Below, in pieces: positions 57,281 to 64,000 of a stretch of 64,000 nt of DNA. The notes below the pieces were generated by a model that saw only the letters and a program-made list of their open reading frames with translations, was not told the origin of the DNA and searched no databases. Source of the DNA: Klebsormidium nitens. Lineage: Eukaryota; Plantae; Klebsormidiophyceae. The DNA lies in the NCBI GenBank assembly GCA_000708835.1, contig DF237295.1:35633-99632 (forward strand), given 5' to 3'. Position 1 is the stretch's first letter. Each line of letters begins with the position of its first letter. A program made the translations under genes and the position numbers.

Positions 57281-59666
57281 CTGAAAGAACGTTTGAACAC
57301 AGGACCCCTCGGCTCAGCTCAGCAGATAGAGAAGGAGGAGAGCAGGGAAGAAAGGGAGCGCTGGCGTCACCGGATGAGGTCAGGAGGGCTTGCGTAAGAT
57401 TCCCCTTGGAGGATGACGCTTTTGCATGGGGGCCACGTCACACGGAAAAAAAGGTAAGAAAGAAGCGTTCACGAGAGCCGTTGTTGTGTGGAAGTGGTCC
57501 TACATGAGGGAGTCCAGTTAAAAGTTCAAACCCAGAGCAGACGGGTTTCAGGCTCTAATGGAGCACGCAATTCGTGGGACCAAAGAAGGGCTCTGAAGAC
57601 GTCCCTGTTTCTATGAGAAACAAACAACAGTTTGAAATGAAGCAGCGCTCTAACAGTCCTATGGGGCTTTCTCGTGGTTTGAATACCGACTTCGTCACAG
57701 GTCAACCATAAGAACAAGTGAAACTTCTCTTCATGCTCAAGCTTTTCCTGTTTCGATCCATCTTCACAACTCCTACCAAGCCGCAAACACCCGTGACAAG
57801 GAAACGAGTTTCTGGGTGCTGCTTTGACCACCCGCTCATCTCAAAGGCTTTTCCAGAGTAGGAAGAAAGGGACGCGAAAGGGTATACTGCGACTTGCAGT
57901 CCGACTTCGTTGAGCCTTATGTCTGCACTTGAGGGCACCTGATATGTGGTACTGGCATAGACCACTGTCGACGAGTTCTAGGTTGTCGACATACTAGGGG
58001 CTGCTAGGAAGCGCAGGCATAGACAATACCTTGAAGCATAGGTAGTTGTTTTTTCTGTAGTTTTTGTTTTTTTCTGTGATGCAGCAGGTATGTTGCCTGT
58101 GGTGCCGGGCATACACGAGTTTCAGAGGAACTTGTATCTTCCGCGCATACAAAATGTCTAACATTGCGCACGGTCGAATGCAATTAGCGTTGGACATAGC
58201 TCTTATCAATGAGAAGGGCTGATCACTCGGCGCACTCAGTGCCAATGTAATTGTTTGAAGGCCTTGAAACCTGCATCTTAGCAGGTAATCGGCAAGCTTC
58301 CTAGCTTGCGTGGATTGAGGATGACTCCTCGATCGTTTCCCTCCTACGAGGGAAACGAACCATTCGCAGATCTTAGAAGGAAGCGTTTGAGGGCGCACCC
58401 TCGCTCCCAAGGTCGGAATCTAGGAAGACTCGCCGATACATGCATTGCCGTGAGATCCGAGGCCATACTTTGCAAGACATCTCACGCGCGTTGACCTAGC
58501 ATTCCTCCTAAGAACAAGTGCAATCGTCGATTCGATTCCGCAAGATTTCAAATGATAGCATGTGGACTTGAGGCTCATTGGATGATCGCGATGCAATGAT
58601 TGATCGAATTACGATTGGGGCTGCATTCAATGCAAATGTCTCTCGCCCATGCATGGCTCGCCACTCTGGATTCGGCAATGGTTCTCATCGAACTTCGATA
58701 GTCGTACGATCAAATCGGAACCGGTAAGCTTTCACTAGCACTCTGCAATCAACTCCACGTTCATAAGATCAAGCTCAAATCTCACCTATACCTAGCATCT
58801 TTCAATGTGACTTGTCTTCTTATCTAGGCACGCTTTTTACCCTCGGGTAGAATGCTTACTTCCGAGCACGCTTGTTCAAGTCCAATTAAACAGCCGAGAA
58901 TCATCAAAATCGACTACGTGACTTTTGCTTGGAGCAGCTTTGCTTCCAGCGCGCGCAAAGCTTTTGTGCGGCTTCTCAACTCTAGGCACTCGTGGTGAGC
59001 AATACTTTTACGTGCTCGCCGCAACGGCTCTAAACAACTAAATCTGTGGGCTCTGTTGATTTCACTACGGCAGACTTGAAAATCCTGTACACACGGTCTA
59101 TTCTAACAAATGCGGTCAACACCGTCAGTAGAGTGGACGTAGAACGCCAACGCGCAGTTCGAAGCTTGACGTGTAGCCCCCGTTACTAGTACCGGGCACG
59201 ACGTTCACTTGATCTCCTCACTCTGCAGAAGTAGAGGTCGCACTTAGTCAGACGTTTACTGTCGTACGCACATTCACCCGTACGAAAGCCTCCGTGTCTC
59301 CGGACGAGAACGAACATGATCTGCACTGCCTGTACGGCTGCATGCCTTTTCGAAGATCTGACGCTGAGCTCAACTTCTGCGACCGATCGACTACAAAGCC
59401 GATTGTTTAGCAGCAGGAGGAAGGGGGAGCTTTACAAGAGCCATCCGTTCTGTGTAAGACTGTACGATGTAGGAGCGGCGTCGCCTCAGAGAATTCGACA
59501 AAGACTTTCTTCATTTAGCGGCCATGGAGAAGACAGACAGAGAAAGAAACGACTGACGGCTGAGCAGAGCCGCTCTTTTAGATCTCGGAAGGAGTCAGAC
59601 CGTAGAAGGAACCAAGCAGCTCTCTCTGCGCGCTCTCATTCCAAAACGGCCTTTTGGATTTCTTAC

Positions 59667-62600
59667 CCCGCCCCCCTGGATCGGCCACTTCTTCAGCACG
59701 GGGCTCTGCGCCGGGTCCCACGCTGATCCCCCAGCCGCGCTCGTGGCGTCAGAATATGACCGCGGGCTCTTTGCGTCCGAATGTGTGCGTGGGCTCTTTG
59801 CGTCCGAACCCGTTCGCGGGGTCTGAGCGCTCAGAAGCGTCCGCAAGCCGTGCGCGTCTGACTCCGCCCAAGGAGCGTGTACGACCGAGAACTTGCCCGG
59901 TGTTCGCGCGTCCGCAACTCCCGGCCGCGGGCTCTGCGCGTCCGAAACCGCCCGGGGATGTGGGGCGTCCGGCACTGCCCGGGGACTTGGGGCGTCCGAA
60001 ATGGCCCGGGGGTTCTGAGCGTCCAAACCAACCCAGGGATTCTGAGCCTCCGAACCCGGCCGCGGACTCTTCGCCACCCAAACCCCCTGCGGGGTTTGCG
60101 CGACCGACCCGGCCCGGGGGCTCTGCAACGGACTCTCAAACGGTCGCCGCGCCCGGCGTCCGGAAATCGGACCCCCGGCCACCCCCCCGCCGTCCGGGAT
60201 CTCCAGCGACAGGCCCTTCGGCGGGCCGCGGTCCGCGCCGCTTCCCTTGCGCCCCTTCCTGTTCGCTTTCTTCGGCGGCGCGCGTGCCCGTTCCGTCAGC
60301 GTTTCCGTCACTGTGCGCTCCGCCGCGCGGATCTCGTTCGCCTGCGCTTCCGACCGCTCCAGCCACGCCGACATCTTGCCGCGCATCTCGATCAGCTCGC
60401 GCTTCGTCTCGACCAGGGAGTCCTCCGCGGCCGCGGCGCGCTCCTCCGCGCGCTCGCGCGCGCGGGCGGCCGCGTGCGCGCGCGCGTCGGCCTCCTCGAC
60501 GGCGCGCTCCAGCATCGCCTTCTCGGCCTTGAAGCTCTCGATCAGAGTAAACGCCGCCGCGACTTTCGTCTCGATCTCCTCCTCGGTGTCTCGCTCTAGT
60601 TGGCCCATCTGGGCGTTCGCCGCTTGGAGCCGCCCCTCTAGTTGGCCCAATTGGGCAATCGTCTCCTGGAGCCATCTCTCTTTCTCCTCCAACTGACTCT
60701 GAAGGTCCTTTTCCTTCTCCTCGAACTGACTGTCAAGGGCCCTCTCTTTCTCTTTAAACTGAGCTCGGAGGCCTGTCTCCTTCGTAGCGAATTCCGTTCG
60801 GAGATCATTCTCCTTCTCTTCGAACTGTATCCGGAGGCCCCTTTCTTTCTCTTCCGATTCTTTTTCTTTCTCTTTCAGCTGATCTACAAGCCGCCTCTCT
60901 TTTTCCTCCAACTCAGCCGCAGCAGTGGTCAGCTGTCGGTCTCTTTCCTCGCCGCTCGCGGCCAACCGTTTCTCACGCGCCTCTAATTCTGCCTCCAGTT
61001 CCGTCAGCTTTGCACCCTCCTCCTCCGTTTCAGCTTCTTTCAGCTTTCTTTCCAACTCCTCTACTCTGTTCTCTCGTTCTTGGACCGCGCTTTCCGACTG
61101 TGACAACCTCCTTTCCGCCTCTTCCCTACGGAACGTCTCCTCTGCTAGCTGCCTCCTAATCTGCTCAACGAAAGTCTCCCCCTCTTTTCTGAACAAGTCG
61201 AGATGAGCCGGCAACCCTTCCACAGCAGCCTCCGTCTCGTGTTTCTGTTCCGGTTCCCTCAGGTTCACCGACGCCGGAATCTTGCCCTCCGGATTGATAA
61301 GTACACCCTTCCGTCTCAGCTGTTTCCTCTTCCCGCCGTTCACTCCCTTTGCCCTCGGACTAAGTTCTCCTCCCTTCTGCGTCGGCGGGACGCTCTGAGC
61401 TGCCAGGTCACTTGAGGCGACTTGCCTTGAGTCTACAGACTGCTCTGGAGGTATTGTGGCCCCGTGCTGGTCGCCCGCCCTCTTGTCTACAGTGCTGGTC
61501 GGCTCTCCAATTGGGTCTTCAGTGACTGAAGCGCTTCCAGAGGCCTCTTCTGCGATGCCAAAAGAAACAAAAGTCTGAGACTCTGAAGCACACATCCGGT
61601 TATCTTGCTCTTTCAAAGCACCAGTTCTTTGCAAACTGATCAAAACCTCTTCTCTTACCTGGACAAACGGCCTTTGTGCCAGCAAAGCAGCCACTACACA
61701 CCCTGCTAGCAAGTACTCTACCTGTCGAAACATGAACGAGCATTAGTTGGGTCTCGCCAAGTCCTAGTTTCCCGTAGTCCTAGTCCCCTTTTACAAGTTG
61801 ACAGACTTTGCAACAAGTTCTCAGATGCAAGGAACCGTTCTGGGCTGATCAAATAGATTAGCATTTCTCTTTTTTCTCACCACTGTTTGCAGCCGCTTGC
61901 AACTCTCGTTGCTCGTCCAGCTGAGCGCCCTCCCGCATCCCTCCCGACAAGGACAGTCGGTACTGCTTCTGCACCGTCCGCAACTCCTGTAGAACGGTCG
62001 CCCTCTCTTCCTCAGCCGCTGCGAGCGTCGTCTTTGCCCAGCTGGCAGACCGCCGACCAAACCCATCTCTCGCTAACCCTTCCCCTAACCCTCCTCCTAA
62101 ACCCTCGCCCGAACCCGCTCCTTCCGCGGATGTCTCTTCTTCGTTTCTCTTTGCCTCTTGCCCGCCAAAGTCTCTCACTTCTTCCACTAGCCCCGCCCAA
62201 GGATCGTCATTTCTGTCCTGCACAATTCCATCCCCAAAACCCCCCGTACTTTCGCCCGTGCTTTGCCCCCCCCTCTCTTCTTCCCCAACACGTTCCCCGA
62301 TGTCAACGTCAAAGCGCTCCCCCCTGGAAGCGACCCCCCACGCGAGGCGCTCCAACTCCCGCTCCGCCTCCTCTCTCCGCCCCACTTCCTCCCGCAACTC
62401 CTCCGCCGCTCGCCTCAGCTGCTTCTCTAGCCGTTTCCTGGCGGCCCATCCGGTTCCAAACGGATTCCAAAGCTGCGCCAACTCAACTCGGCTCGCGGCG
62501 AACAGTTCCGCGACCAGCCCATGCGGCTCCCCACCTCTGGGGGGGTGGGTTTTACCCTCGAAAGCGGGGGGGCGGTCCGACTCCGCGAAGGACGCGCGCG

Positions 62601-63036
62601 AACGTGAGGAGCGCTCGACCCTGCCGCACTGCATTTGTCTCTGAACCCTTTCAGATCTACTCGTCATGGGGGCCACGTTCACACTTCCGGGGAGATCAGT
62701 CACACTCCCAAGCCTTGCCGCCTGCTGAGTCTGTGCCAACCGCGCCCCTCCTGCTGCAGTGCTCTGCACCGATGCTTTTGTCGGGGGGGTTGCTATGCTA
62801 TGCGCAACATGCTCTGTGCTTGCCCCTGCTGAGGTTGTGCTTGACACATGAGCCGAACTCATAACACTAGAAGTCTCTTTCCCGGGCGTGCTAGCAAGGT
62901 TTCCATCCAAAGCCTCGGCCCGTGGAGTCCTGTCCCCTCCCGGGGTTGGGGGCCCTTCGGGAGTCGCGCCGCCTGGCGTTTGGGACCGAGTCTCGCGCCG
63001 GGGGCGGAGGAAGAAGATCGTTTGAACCCCCGACAT
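59667..63036 (-). CDS. Large low-complexity and coiled-coil protein with basic patch and SP/TP-rich repeat tail
   Basis: Exons 61881-63036 (donor agtg|gtgaga) and 59667-61549 (cgcag|aagag ... ggg|gtaaga) join in phase from the 392-aa and 712-aa ORFs. Long E/K/R-rich helical region, PPKKANRKGRKG patch. Start and end are uncertain; no family recognised. Confidence 0.75.
59770..60140 (-). repeat. Coding 27-nt (9-aa) degenerate tandem repeat, about 12 units
   Basis: Units such as GSVAQTPQG, GSEAQNPWV, ISDAPSPRA, VPDAPHPRA, VSDAQSPRP, GSDAKSPRT, HSDAKSPRS. Confidence 0.8.
60670..60880 (-). repeat. Coding 33-nt (11-aa) tandem repeat, about 6 units
   Basis: ESEEKERGLRI / QFEEKENDLRT / EFATKETGLRA / QFKEKERALDS / QFEEKEKDLQS / QLEEKERWLQE. 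Confidence 0.85.
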
Positions 63037-63844
63037 GCTGGCATAGAAAGGAAGACCCTAGAGCAGTTTCATATTCAGGCCTACCTTTTTCTCTGTGGTT
63101 GGTCTTCTGCAGCTGAAGCAAAGGGGCTCGTCTTCCAGCATTCTGTTGTACGTCTTAAGATCAGCGGCCAGAAAGTCCTGCGATCACGCACAATCAACAA
63201 TGCTGCTCAAAACCTGCCGATTCAACGAACGCCCTGGAGCCACCATTACGGGAGCCATCTCAGATCGTTTACACTGTCTTGGACTCAGCATGCACCCAGC
63301 CTCTGCCTCCGCGCTTTTTTGTTGGATCCACATGCTTCTTGCATGAGCAAGTTATTCTCAGCGGGCATACAGGTTCCTTCTACGGAAGACTCAATGCAGC
63401 GGAACTTGTAGACCAATGATAGACAGCAGGCTAGATCCTCTTGGACACCGAGACAATCTGCAGTGAGCAAATTGAGAGGTTAGAAAGTACTGATTATGGC
63501 ATTGGTACCTAGTACCGATTATGCCACAGGAGGAACTAGAACACAAGCACCGTATAGGTACGCGGTCGACGCACGTACCTACTGCCAGTACTGGTCAACG
63601 ATAGCCGAACCCTATTTTTTGAGTCGACTGTCGACCTGGCCGTCAAAATTTAGCACAGGCTTCTTTCAACCGCCGATAAAATCGCTCGCGTAGACTCGAC
63701 TTCCGGTCACCGCGCGGGGTGCCCCACTGCGCCTCGATCAGTGGAGTTGCGCACGGCCAGGAGCCGTCCAGGAGTCGGCCTGCGCATGCAGCTTGCAATC
63801 ACCAATCACCACCTTACTGAATGGTAGAGACCCCGGGTAGGCAA

Positions 63845-64000
63845 CTCAAGTTTTAAACACAGGGGGTAAGTTTTAAAACATGGCCTCTGGTTTTGTTTTA
63901 AACCTTAAGAAAATGTTTAAAACTTGGTTAAACCTGTTTTAAACCGGTTTTAACGTGTTTAAAACGTGTTTAAAACATATTTATGTTTTATTTTATTTAT
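63845..64000. repeat. AT-rich array of near-palindromic GTTT(T)AAA(A)C motifs, truncated by the window edge; possible DNA-transposon terminus
   Basis: Abrupt drop in GC with repeated gttttaaac, gttttaaaac, gtttaaaac and acgtgtttaaaacgtgtttaaaac, starting near cagggggtaag (63860). Confidence 0.45.

Noticed and set aside
59654-62864. Long plus-strand ORFs (292, 240, 325 aa) rich in Pro, Arg and Ser
   Set aside because: Antisense shadows of the GC-rich, repetitive minus-strand coding exons.
1-64000. tRNA or rRNA genes and autonomous transposon ORFs
   Set aside because: None recognised by eye; a tRNAscan, Infernal or RepeatMasker run would be needed to exclude them.

Overview
Eukaryotic, intron-rich nuclear DNA with GC-rich exons and two N gaps (15080-15734, 44856-45454). 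The plant-type gene set (EDR2-, ADNT1-, NUB1-like) suggests a streptophyte green alga such as Klebsormidium; this is inference. Genes were assembled by hand from splice sites and checked for exon phase. In order: the 5' part of FCF1/UTP24 (-); a 12-exon purple acid phosphatase-like gene with altered metal/catalytic motifs (+); a 5-exon, about 383-aa two-TM protein resembling PAC/TMEM206 and ASIC/ENaC channels (-); a 20-exon EDR2-like PH-START-DUF1336 gene with an apparent 1-nt frameshift (+); a weak unknown gene (+); the mitochondrial carrier ADNT1 (+); only the 3' three exons of a NUB1-like gene (-); a 10-exon GH2 beta-mannosidase (-); an unknown gene with almost all phase-0 introns (+); and a large coiled-coil, SP-repeat protein possibly ending in two TM helices (-). 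The most striking non-gene pattern is that introns of five unrelated genes hold tandem, decaying copies (about 120-215 bp period) of the neighbouring exon edge together with its splice site. No rRNA, tRNA, CRISPR array or autonomous transposase ORF was recognised.
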